From Alphaproteobacteria bacterium (lineage in GTDB: Bacteria > Pseudomonadota > Alphaproteobacteria > Rhizobiales > Hyphomicrobiaceae), in contig JAHJQI010000085.1 of assembly GCA_018819265.1 (NCBI GenBank), positions 11,302-75,301 of the forward strand: 64,000 nucleotides of DNA, in the 5' to 3' direction. Below the pieces are notes generated by a model. That model ran no database searches. It was not told the DNA's origin and worked only from the letters and a program-made list of their open reading frames with translations. This document shows positions 36,481-45,306 of this stretch, piece by piece. Both the position numbers and the translations under genes were made by a program. How positions within the stretch are numbered: the first letter of the stretch is position 1; the number at the start of each line of letters is the position of its first letter.

Positions 36481-39360
36481 GTGAACCCGAACGAGGCGTC
36501 TCCAACGGCGGATAAACCGCTCGACGAAATTGAACTGCGCGACAGATTGCGCCAGCTTCGCACCGGCATCCCCGATGAGCCGTGGCTCAATCCCATCGTC
36601 TCGCTTGCGTTCCAGTTGTCGCGGCGGCTGGAAGCAGGCGAGATCACCCTGTCAGACATCCGCACGTTGTCCGCGGGCCTTATGGACCGCGCGCTCCTCA
36701 ACCGTGCCCGCGGATTGCGCGACCGTGTCGGTTACGCTTCCGCCGGCGGCAATGGCGATACGTTTTCCGCCCTTGTCGCCAAGACCATAGCCGATAGCGG
36801 CCCGGCGCCCGATCTGGAGGCGTTCCGCAAGTCCTGGGACCGCGCCCGCGCCGGGATCGTTTTGACCGCGCATCCGACATTCGGGATCTCCGAATCTCTC
36901 GCCGCCCAAATGGTCGAGATCGCCGCCAGCGGCAGTGAACTGGCAAATGAGCGCGCCCGTCTGCCGCACCGCCCCGATTCGCCAATCGACCTTGCCTACG
37001 AGCATCGCCGCGCCCAGTCGGCGATCGTCAACCTGCGCAACGCGCTGGAAAGCCTGCTGAACCGCTTCTATACCGTCGCCCAGGATTCGTTTGGCGATGA
37101 AGCGTTTTCGATCAAGCCGAAACTGGCGACGATCGCCTCATGGGTCGGCTACGACCTTGACGGGCGAACCGACATCACGTGGCTCGATTCGTTCAGGCTG
37201 CGCCTGCGCGAGAAGTTGACGTCACTGAGCGATATCCGCCAGCGCTTTCTGCTCACAAAGCACCGGCTCGGCGACCGGCCCGAAGTCGAGCGCATCGGGC
37301 GCCAACTCACCGGCAAACTCGACCTCGCCATCGCCGCAGCCCAGGAACAGGTCCAGGCCCTCGAGAGCATCGGCAAGGATGACCGGGCCGGTATGGCCAA
37401 GGCTGCCAACATCATCGCCGCCAGCGACAGCTACAACCTGACGTCCGTCAGCCCGCTGATCGACCTGATCGACCAGTTGATCGCGGTCGTCGACGCGCAG
37501 CAGATGAAGCGGTCGCTCGCAGCCCTGCGCGGCCTGCTGGAGGCGACCGGGCTCGGCAACTCGCACATCCACGTTCGCATCAATGCCGCCCAACTCGACA
37601 ACGCCTTGCGTGCGCTGATCCGCGAGCCCTGGACCCAAAACACCAGCGAGCGCCGCGCGGTGCAGAACCTCGCCGAGCGCATCGAACAGGCAAAGTCGAA
37701 ACCGGAAACGGTCAACTTCGGCACGCTGGAATTGGAGACGGCAACCGCGATCCGGCAGTTCGCGCTGATTGCCCAGATCAAGAAGCATGTCGACCGCGAA
37801 ACGCCGATCCGCTTCCTGATCGCCGAGTGCGAATCGCCGGCAACCGTCATGATCGCCGTCCTCCTTGCCCGGCTCTTCGATGTCGCAGACATCGTCGACA
37901 TCTCGCCGCTGTTCGAGACCCCTGACGGCCTCGAGCGCGGCGCCCGCCTGATGGAGGACCTGCTCGAAGAAGAGACCTACCGCGATTATGTGCGCGGCCG
38001 AGGCCGCATGTCGATCCAGACCGGCTTCTCGGACGCCGGCCGCTTCATTGGCCAGGTCGCCGCGACGCTCGAAATCGAGCGCCTGCATCTGGCGGTCGTC
38101 GAAGCCCTCAAAAAGGCCGGCCTCCACGATATCGAAACGCTGATTTTCTCGACGCATGGCGAGTCGATGGGCCGCGGCGCGCATCCCGGCAACCTCAGGA
38201 AGCGCCTCTCCTATGTCCTGCCGCACGAGGTTCGCCGACGCTTCAAGAAGCATGGCCAGTCGCTGAAGCACGAGACGAGCTTCCAGGGCGGCGACGGCTT
38301 CATGTTCTTCTCCGACACGACTCTGACCACCGAAACGCTGGCAACGATCATTCGCGACGCTTTCGAGATCAACGAGTCCGAAGATCCCTTCTATGCCGAT
38401 GACAACCTGTCGCTCGATTTTTTCCTGCGGCTGCGCACCTATCAGCAGAACCTGTTCAGCCACTCCGGCTACCGCGCCATGCTCGGCGCCTTCGGCCCGA
38501 ACCTCCTGTTCAAGACCGGTTCGCGAGCGGTGAAGCGCCAGTCGGACGTTGTTACCGCGCTCGATCGCGGCGATCCTTCCCGCATGCGCGCCATTCCCAA
38601 CAACGCCATCCTGCAGCAGTTCGGCTACGTGGCAAACGTCGTCGCCGGCCTCGGCTATGCCACCGGCTACGACCGCGAACGCTTTATCGCGCTCGCCAAG
38701 AAGTCGCCGCGCCTGATCGACATCCTTGAAATGGTTGCGCGCGGCAAACAGCTCTCCAGCCTCAACGCCGTCGGAGCCAATGCCTATATCTTCGATGCCG
38801 GCTTCTGGGCGTCGCGCGCGTCGTGGGGCCGCGAGCAGACACTGGAGGCTGCTTTCCGCCAGTTGTCCCGCGCCTTGTTGACGGACAAGCGGGCGAGCGA
38901 GATCAACCGCCTCGTGCACCACATGCGCATCGACGCCATCGATCTTCACGCCATCCTCGAAGGGCTTGGATTGGAGGGCGGCAAGATCCCTGACGACACG
39001 CGCCTGGAACTCGATCTGCTGCAGGCGGTCCGTCTGGCGCTGATCATGCGCATCTTCATCCTCGCCGCCCGTCTGCCGCGCTTCGCCCCGCGCAACGACA
39101 TGTCGTATGAACGCGTACTCGACCTCGCAATCGGCCTTGATATTCCCGAGGTGGTCGAATTCATGCGCCAGGCCTTCCCCTACCGCTCGGCCGGCACCAT
39201 CAGCGGCGAGGACTACGACGAGAAGGCGACCTATAGGCCGCATGGGATCGATGAATACGGCCGCCTCGAACGCGAGCTGCTGGCGCCGATGCAGGACACC
39301 TACGAACTGGTTCGCGAGATCGGCACCGGCATCTCCCACCACTTCGGCGCGTTTGGCTAG
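36481..39360 (+). CDS. ppc: Phosphoenolpyruvate carboxylase, divergent serine-cycle type
   Basis: LTAHPTF, SWVGYDLDGR, ISPLFET, QTGFSDAGR, HGESMGRG, RAIPNN and HHFGAFG C-terminus. The GTG start at 36481 is inferred. Confidence 0.88.
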   Translation: MNPNEASPTADKPLDEIELRDRLRQLRTGIPDEPWLNPIVSLAFQLSRRLEAGEITLSDIRTLSAGLMDRALLNRARGLRDRVGYASAGGNGDTFSALVAKTIADSGPAPDLEAFRKSWDRARAGIVLTAHPTFGISESLAAQMVEIAASGSELANERARLPHRPDSPIDLAYEHRRAQSAIVNLRNALESLLNRFYTVAQDSFGDEAFSIKPKLATIASWVGYDLDGRTDITWLDSFRLRLREKLTSLSDIRQRFLLTKHRLGDRPEVERIGRQLTGKLDLAIAAAQEQVQALESIGKDDRAGMAKAANIIAASDSYNLTSVSPLIDLIDQLIAVVDAQQMKRSLAALRGLLEATGLGNSHIHVRINAAQLDNALRALIREPWTQNTSERRAVQNLAERIEQAKSKPETVNFGTLELETATAIRQFALIAQIKKHVDRETPIRFLIAECESPATVMIAVLLARLFDVADIVDISPLFETPDGLERGARLMEDLLEEETYRDYVRGRGRMSIQTGFSDAGRFIGQVAATLEIERLHLAVVEALKKAGLHDIETLIFSTHGESMGRGAHPGNLRKRLSYVLPHEVRRRFKKHGQSLKHETSFQGGDGFMFFSDTTLTTETLATIIRDAFEINESEDPFYADDNLSLDFFLRLRTYQQNLFSHSGYRAMLGAFGPNLLFKTGSRAVKRQSDVVTALDRGDPSRMRAIPNNAILQQFGYVANVVAGLGYATGYDRERFIALAKKSPRLIDILEMVARGKQLSSLNAVGANAYIFDAGFWASRASWGREQTLEAAFRQLSRALLTDKRASEINRLVHHMRIDAIDLHAILEGLGLEGGKIPDDTRLELDLLQAVRLALIMRIFILAARLPRFAPRNDMSYERVLDLAIGLDIPEVVEFMRQAFPYRSAGTISGEDYDEKATYRPHGIDEYGRLERELLAPMQDTYELVREIGTGISHHFGAFG

Positions 39361-39480
39361 CTCAACACCGGCCTGCCGAGTGTTGACGCCTGCTCAACAC
39401 CGGCTTGCCGAGTGTTGACGAACAGACACGCTCAACACCGGCTTGCCGAGTGTTGACGAACAGACACGCTCAACGCCAGC
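39361..39480. repeat. Tandem array of a 28-nt hairpin (3 full units + 1 partial)
   Basis: CTCAACACCGGC(C/T)TGCCGAGTGTTGACG units at 39361, 39393 and 39431, with linkers CCTG and AACAGACACG. The array starts right after the ppc TAG (in CTAG). Confidence 0.9.
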
Positions 39481-39640
39481 TCTTCTTGATGGCCCTCGTT
39501 AGCCCCAGCACCCGCTTGAGGCGGCGTGCGTCCTCTCCCATGAGCGCCATGCAGCAGCAGCAGAACAGCGGCCGCTGCGCCAATTCGAGGTGGACTCGAT
39601 AGCGGCGGAGACGGGGGCTGAATTGATCGAGATTGGGCAT
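39470..39640 (-). CDS. Putative 56-aa basic protein with a CCCC motif
   Basis: MPNLDQFSPRLRRYRVHLELAQRPLFCCCCMALMGEDARRLKRVLGLTRAIKKSWR, downstream of prmB on the same strand, with GGAAG upstream. Confidence 0.4.
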   Translation of the reverse strand: MPNLDQFSPRLRRYRVHLELAQRPLFCCCCMALMGEDARRLKRVLGLTRAIKKSWR

Positions 39641-39728
39641 CGGTGAAACGTCTTCCAACTGAACATGGAAGTCAATGACTGCCGATCAAGAGACGATGAC
39701 GCGCGGGCGCCGCGGCGGGTCTGACCTC

Positions 39729-40655
39729 TCAGTCCGGCAGATCTTCTTTGCGCAGCATGAAGACCTCGCCCTCGCTCAGTTCCGTATCGAGCCACTGGAA
39801 CGGGATTTGCGGATAGCAGCTTTCGAGTAGATCCCGTCCCTGTCCGATCTCGACGACGAGCGTGCCGCCCGCTTCGAGGTGCGCGCCAGCGCCTTTCAGG
39901 ATCCGGTGCACGAGATCGAGCCCGTCGGCACCACCGGCATGCGCCAGGGCCGGTTCGGCGGCGTATTCAGGCGGGAACGCCGCGACGGCCTCGTCGGTGA
40001 CGTAGGGAGGATTCGAAACGATGAGGTCGAAGCGGCTGCCATCGAGCCCTTCGAAAAGATCGGACCTGACCAGCCGGATCTGTTCCCGGAGGCCATAGTC
40101 GGCGACGTTCTGTTTCGCGACCTCCAGCGCATCGGCGGAGATATCGCAGGCAACGATCTCCGCGTCCGCAAACGCGTGCGCCATCAGTATCGCGAGGCAC
40201 CCCGATCCGCTGCAAAGATCGAGCCCGCGCCCGACTTCGCCCAGCTCCCCGACAAGTTCGTCGAAGCCGCCCACCAGCAGTTCGCCGATGAACGAGCGTG
40301 GCACGATGACCCGTTCGTCGACCCGGAAGCTGTAGGGTCCAATCCAGGCTTCGCCGATCAGATAGGAAGCCGGCTTTCGCGTCTCGATGCGCCGCGCAAT
40401 GATATCGGCGACCTGCTCGCGTTCGGGTGCAGTGAGCTTCGCCTCGAGCCACGGATCGACCTCTTCGATGGGCAGCTTGAGTGTAGCGAGAATGAGAAAC
40501 GCGGCTTCATCGAGTGCCCGCGTCGTGCCATGCCCAAAGACGAGTTCTGCGGCCGTGAACTGCGAGACGGCGTAGCGCAGGAAGTCGCGCACCGTGGTCA
40601 ACTCGTGCGCGGCCCGGCGGATATCATCGCGCGTCTGCCCGATTGGATTTTTCAT
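39729..40655 (-). CDS. prmB: 50S ribosomal protein L3 N5-glutamine methyltransferase
   Basis: LTTVRDFLRYAVSQF...FGHGT...DEAAFL, TRKPASYL, VDERVIVPRSFIGELL, LDLCSGSGCLA and SNPPY. Confidence 0.95.
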   Translation of the reverse strand: MKNPIGQTRDDIRRAAHELTTVRDFLRYAVSQFTAAELVFGHGTTRALDEAAFLILATLKLPIEEVDPWLEAKLTAPEREQVADIIARRIETRKPASYLIGEAWIGPYSFRVDERVIVPRSFIGELLVGGFDELVGELGEVGRGLDLCSGSGCLAILMAHAFADAEIVACDISADALEVAKQNVADYGLREQIRLVRSDLFEGLDGSRFDLIVSNPPYVTDEAVAAFPPEYAAEPALAHAGGADGLDLVHRILKGAGAHLEAGGTLVVEIGQGRDLLESCYPQIPFQWLDTELSEGEVFMLRKEDLPD

Positions 40656-40658
40656 CGC

Positions 40659-41855
40659 TCAGCGCTTCGCCCAGACCTGAACCAGCGCCGAGTTGTCGTC
40701 CTGGTTCGTCGCCTCGATCACGCGTGAGCGGTAACGCGCCAGGACTTCACGCACCTTCTGACCGCTGCGCAGGGTGATGGGACCATAGGTATCGCCAGCC
40801 TCGATCCTTGAGCGAACCGGCACGATGTCCTCCTCGTCGTTGTCGTAGACGATGCGCAACTGGTTCAAGGTGATGGCCCGCCCGCTCACATTGACGCGCA
40901 ACTCCGAGAAGCCGTCGCCATGATCGGCGAGCGTGATGACGTCGTTGTCGAAACCGACGAAGCCGGCGGTCTGCGCGCCAATCAGGATCCATCCGTCGTT
41001 GAAGCGGGCGCCATCGCCACCGGACTTGAGCCAGCTTTCCTCGAGATCGCCGTAGAGTTCGAACCGCGCAGGCGCGGTGAGGCTGGTCTTTTCCTTGAGC
41101 TCCAGGCCGACGTGCTTGATGAATTTCGAGCCGTCGATATCGAACCATGGCGTGCTGGAGTTGGGCTGCAGGCGTCCATTGACCGCAAAATCCTTGTGTG
41201 AGCCATCGTCGAACAACACCGAGACCCGTTCGATTTCCGCCTCGCTTGCCCGCGTCGCCAGTTTCAGGCGCGTGAACCTGCCAATGCCGTCAGGGACGTC
41301 CAACGTCTCGCTGGTCACTTCGCGAGCCGCCGTCTTCGCGGTGATGAGAATTGATTTGCTGGCATCAAGCTCCAGCTGGCCGACACGCGGCGGTGGCGGC
41401 GGCACCGGCATCTGTTGTTCCAGGCGCACGGCATTGCGGCCATCCCGCGTTTGCAGCCCCCACAATTCCAGCATCGCCGAACGGCTGTTCCTGGCGCTCT
41501 CCTGATAGGTCAAGCTCAACACTTCCGGAAAGCGCTCGGTATCATCACGCGCGAAAACGCGAGTTCTTTCCCCGGCGCGCAACTGGAATGGCGCCGGGCT
41601 CTCATGCTTGGCGTCGCCTTGGAACTTCAGGACGATTTGCTGGATGGCGACGCGACCGCGTCTGCCGCGCAGCTGAAAGCCGACATAGGAGCCTTCCGCG
41701 CCCGCAAGATCGATCGTTTCTTCATTCGCGTTGGCCTCGACCGTGTGCTGGGCGATCCGCACCCAGCGCTCGGCCGGGGCTGCTTGCGCCGCTCCGCAGC
41801 AGGACGCGGCAACGAAAACGAGCATCGAAAGGACGTGGACGAAACGCTGCGACAT
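40659..41855 (-). CDS. Exported protein with three DUF2541-like beta-sandwich repeats
   Basis: Signal peptide, then three roughly 100-aa repeats (W-x-x-I...D/E-x-I...F-x-x-L-x-L...ELWG/ELYG/QVWA). It ends 3 nt before prmB. Confidence 0.65.
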   Translation of the reverse strand: MSQRFVHVLSMLVFVAASCCGAAQAAPAERWVRIAQHTVEANANEETIDLAGAEGSYVGFQLRGRRGRVAIQQIVLKFQGDAKHESPAPFQLRAGERTRVFARDDTERFPEVLSLTYQESARNSRSAMLELWGLQTRDGRNAVRLEQQMPVPPPPPRVGQLELDASKSILITAKTAAREVTSETLDVPDGIGRFTRLKLATRASEAEIERVSVLFDDGSHKDFAVNGRLQPNSSTPWFDIDGSKFIKHVGLELKEKTSLTAPARFELYGDLEESWLKSGGDGARFNDGWILIGAQTAGFVGFDNDVITLADHGDGFSELRVNVSGRAITLNQLRIVYDNDEEDIVPVRSRIEAGDTYGPITLRSGQKVREVLARYRSRVIEATNQDDNSALVQVWAKR

Positions 41856-42069
41856 GATTTGGCAACCTGCACTCAGTGAAGGACGGATCGTATCTGGCCT
41901 TTTAGAATAGCCAGAGCCAGAACGAAAGTACGGCGGTTTAGGGGCACGCCGTGATTTGCGGTCCCGGCAGTTAATGGCTCGCGGTGATTGTCGGTTGGCG
42001 CATTGCCGCTGCGGCCTCCGCCGGTGCTATACTTCAGCAATTGCCAGGTGAAAGAACGGATCGACCGAA

Positions 42070-43470
42070 ATGCCAGACCCGCGCCCTGACCACAACGCCT
42101 GTCGCGCGGCCATCGCCGACATCAAGGAGAGCCTTGGCGCGCAGGTCGAAACTGGCGACGAAATCTGCCGCCAGCACGCGCACACCCTGACCTGGATCGA
42201 CGGGCAGCCCCCCGATGCAGTGGTCTTCGCCCGCTCGACTGAGGACGTCGCCGGCGTCGTGGCGATTGCTGGCCGCTACCGCGTCCCGATCATTCCGTTC
42301 GGTGCCGGCACCTCGCTGGAAGGCCACGTGAACGCGCCATATGGCGGCATTTCTCTCGACCTGTCGCGGATGGACCGGATCCTGCGCGTCGATACCGGCG
42401 ATCTCGATTGCACGGTTGAAGCGGGCGTTCCGCGCGGCAAGCTCAACGTCTACTTGCGCGATACCGGCCTGTTTTTCCCCGTCGACCCGGGCACCGAGGA
42501 AGCCACAATCGGTGGCATGGCCGCAACCCGCGCTTCGGGAACGACGGCCGTGCGCTATGGCACCATGCGCGACAACGTCATCGCCGTGAAGGCCGTGATG
42601 GCCGATGGCAGCGTCATCGACAGCGCCAGCCGTGCCCGCAAATCCTCGGCCGGATACGACCTGACCCGGCTGCTGGTCGGCTCTGAGGGGACGCTTGGCA
42701 TCATCACGGAAGTGACTTTGCGACTCCATGGCGTGCCCGAGAAGGTGATTGCCGCCATCGCTGCATTTCCCACTTTGGAAGCCGCCTGCAACACGACCAT
42801 GGCGGCGATGGCGCTGGGGCTGGGGCTTGCCCGCATTGAACTCCTCGACCCGCTGGTTCTGCGTGCGGTCAATGTCCACGCGGGACTGTCGCTGGAGGAG
42901 GTCCCGACCTTGTTCATCGAGTTTCATGGCTCTGCGGCAGCAGTCGGCGAACAGTCCAAAACCTTCGAGGAACTGGCCCTCTCCGAAGGCGCTATTCGTG
43001 TGTCGAGCGCCGCAGACGAGACCGAGAGGCGCTCACTGTGGAAGGCCCGCCACGACGCCCTATGGGCCGTGCGCGAAGCCTGGCCCGGCTTGCGTCCACT
43101 CGTGACGGATGTCTGTGTTCCGGTCTCCCGGCTCGCCGAATGTGTCGCCGCAACTGAGGCCGACATCGCCGCCTGCGGGCTTATCGCACCGATCGTCGGG
43201 CACGTCGGAGACGGAAACTTTCATGCAATCGTGATGCATCGCCTGGACGATAGCGCCGAGCGCGGCAAGATTGAAGCATTCTCGGCCCGCCTGGCGCAGC
43301 GCGCCATCGCCATGGACGGAACCTGCACCGGCGAACACGGCATCGGCCAGGGTAAAATGAAGTATCTGCAAGCCGAACTCGGCGCTGGCGTCGATGTCAT
43401 GGCTCGGATCAAGCAGGCTCTCGATCCGCATGCAATCATGAATCCCGGGAAGATTATTTACCTGCCCTAA
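42070..43470 (+). CDS. FAD-linked oxidase (D-lactate dehydrogenase/GlcD-like)
   Basis: PFGAGTSLEGH, TIGGMAATRASGT, LVGSEGTLGIITE, GHVGDGNFH, GTCTGEHGIG and MNPGK. Confidence 0.9.
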   Translation: MPDPRPDHNACRAAIADIKESLGAQVETGDEICRQHAHTLTWIDGQPPDAVVFARSTEDVAGVVAIAGRYRVPIIPFGAGTSLEGHVNAPYGGISLDLSRMDRILRVDTGDLDCTVEAGVPRGKLNVYLRDTGLFFPVDPGTEEATIGGMAATRASGTTAVRYGTMRDNVIAVKAVMADGSVIDSASRARKSSAGYDLTRLLVGSEGTLGIITEVTLRLHGVPEKVIAAIAAFPTLEAACNTTMAAMALGLGLARIELLDPLVLRAVNVHAGLSLEEVPTLFIEFHGSAAAVGEQSKTFEELALSEGAIRVSSAADETERRSLWKARHDALWAVREAWPGLRPLVTDVCVPVSRLAECVAATEADIAACGLIAPIVGHVGDGNFHAIVMHRLDDSAERGKIEAFSARLAQRAIAMDGTCTGEHGIGQGKMKYLQAELGAGVDVMARIKQALDPHAIMNPGKIIYLP

Positions 43471-43652
43471 ACCATCGGCACTGCATCATAGTATCGCCGA
43501 CCCGTCACGGACCTTCGGCAACGATTTATTTTAGCGATAGGCCGGAATTGATTGATCCCGGCGAACCCAGCATTAACGTCATTCATGCAAGAAATACGAC
43601 GTATGCCCCGAACCGGCGGCGTACCATTGTTTTGTAAAGAGTAGCGTCAAAA

Positions 43653-45296
43653 ATGGCGGTGACGATTCAAAGGGAGCGGCCGGACCAGCGCCGCCATCAT
43701 CGTCTGACTGCGCCTCTTTTCGTCGAGGTGAGCGGCCATCGCGTGCGCGCTGCCGATTGGTCGCTGGGCGGCCTTCGGGTTGAAGGTTTCCCGGGTGATC
43801 TACCAAGCGTCGGCACTGCGGTCGACCTCGCGATGACGCTCCCCTTCCAGGGCTTCGACGTCGCCTTCAAGGCGACCGCCGAGGTGGTCCGCGCGCACCC
43901 TGCGCGCGGCATGTTCGCCGTCCAGTTCATCGAACTTGGCGACCGCGAACGCGAGCTGATGGCGCACTTCATCGAAGAACTGGTCCGCGGCCACATGGGT
44001 GATGCCGCCGACACCATCCAGCGGATCGACGTTCCGGTGACCCCGGCGTCCTTGCAGCCCGACGAACCCAGGAAGCCGCCGAATGAATCTGCCGATGCCA
44101 AACTCGAAAGGCTGCCCTGGCGCCGCTGGCCGGTAAAAACCATCGCAATGAGCGCTTTCTACATCGTGCTCGGCGTGGTCGTCTTTTCGTATGCCGGCAT
44201 TCTCACTTATTCGAATTTCTTCCGCATGGAAGTGCCGACTGCGGTCATTACGGCGCCGGTAGAGATGGTCGAGGCGCAGGCCGACGGCCACCTCGAATTT
44301 GCCGGCCTCAAGCAGGGCGACAGCGTCAGATCCGGCGATGTGCTGCTCAATCTCATCGACGGCAAGCTGGAGCGCGAGATCGAGCTTGCCGACATCGCCG
44401 TCAAGGAGCGCAAAGCCAAGCTCATCTATTTGAAGCGCCGCCATGCCGACGAATTGGAACGCGTCAAGAGTTTTGCCGCGATCGAGATGAAGAACGTCGA
44501 GCAGGCCCGCCTCTCGCTCGAGGCCGCCAATGTCAGCCTGCAGACTGCCCGAAACCAGTATGCACGTCTCAAGATCCTCTATGACAAGGGCTTCGCCACC
44601 CAGTCCCGCCTGGAGGAAGCGCAAGAGAAGATGGTGACGCTCGACACGCAGCTCGCAAGTCGGCGCATCGAGCTTGCGACCCGTGTCGGACTTGCCGAGG
44701 ACGATATCGGCAAGCGCCTCTATACCGGTGACGACCTCATCGGCAAGAGCGGCGAGCTTGATGCCGAGGTTCGCCTTGCCGAGCACGATATAGCTCTGAG
44801 CCAGCAGCGCTACATTGCCAATCTCAAGATGCGCGACAGCCTTGCTGTCCGCGCCCCGTTCGACGGAACCATCCTGAAGCTGCCACGCTTCGACAAGTCC
44901 GCGGTGCGCCGCGGCGACGTCATCGCAATTGTCGAGCAGCGGCGCAATCGCCAGGTCACGGCTTTCCTCACCCAGGACGAAGTCGCCAAGGTTGGCCTTG
45001 GCGACCAAGCGCTGCTTTATTTGCCGGCTCTTGGCGAAACATTGGCGGGACGCGTCACGTCGATCGATCGCACCAGCGGTTTCATTCGCGAACAAGAGCA
45101 GCGCGCGAACCCGGGTTACGCCTGGCGCGGCCCCACCGACCGCTCGGCCCAGGTGTCGATCAGCTTCGACGACGATGCGGTCCTGCGTGATTCCGAGCGC
45201 TATCGCTCAGGCCTTCCCGTCACCGTCATCTTCGAACAGCGCACGCAGAACTCGATCCTGTCGGGTATTGCGAGCAAGCTGGCGGTATCGATGTGA
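43653..45296 (+). CDS. alg44: Alg44-like PilZ + TM + HlyD/MFP-domain co-polymerase
   Basis: PilZ motifs QRRHHR (RxxxR) and DWSLGG (DxSxxG), one TM helix, then a biotin-lipoyl/coiled-coil/beta-barrel MFP region, directly upstream of alg8. Confidence 0.8.
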   Translation: MAVTIQRERPDQRRHHRLTAPLFVEVSGHRVRAADWSLGGLRVEGFPGDLPSVGTAVDLAMTLPFQGFDVAFKATAEVVRAHPARGMFAVQFIELGDRERELMAHFIEELVRGHMGDAADTIQRIDVPVTPASLQPDEPRKPPNESADAKLERLPWRRWPVKTIAMSAFYIVLGVVVFSYAGILTYSNFFRMEVPTAVITAPVEMVEAQADGHLEFAGLKQGDSVRSGDVLLNLIDGKLEREIELADIAVKERKAKLIYLKRRHADELERVKSFAAIEMKNVEQARLSLEAANVSLQTARNQYARLKILYDKGFATQSRLEEAQEKMVTLDTQLASRRIELATRVGLAEDDIGKRLYTGDDLIGKSGELDAEVRLAEHDIALSQQRYIANLKMRDSLAVRAPFDGTILKLPRFDKSAVRRGDVIAIVEQRRNRQVTAFLTQDEVAKVGLGDQALLYLPALGETLAGRVTSIDRTSGFIREQEQRANPGYAWRGPTDRSAQVSISFDDDAVLRDSERYRSGLPVTVIFEQRTQNSILSGIASKLAVSM

Positions 45297-45306
45297 GGGC
45301 TGATCG

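Noticed and set aside
39361-39480. CRISPR array
   Set aside because: The linkers are 4-10 nt and repeated (AACAGACACG twice), not unique 25-45 nt spacers. There are no cas genes. The same applies to 51411-51498.
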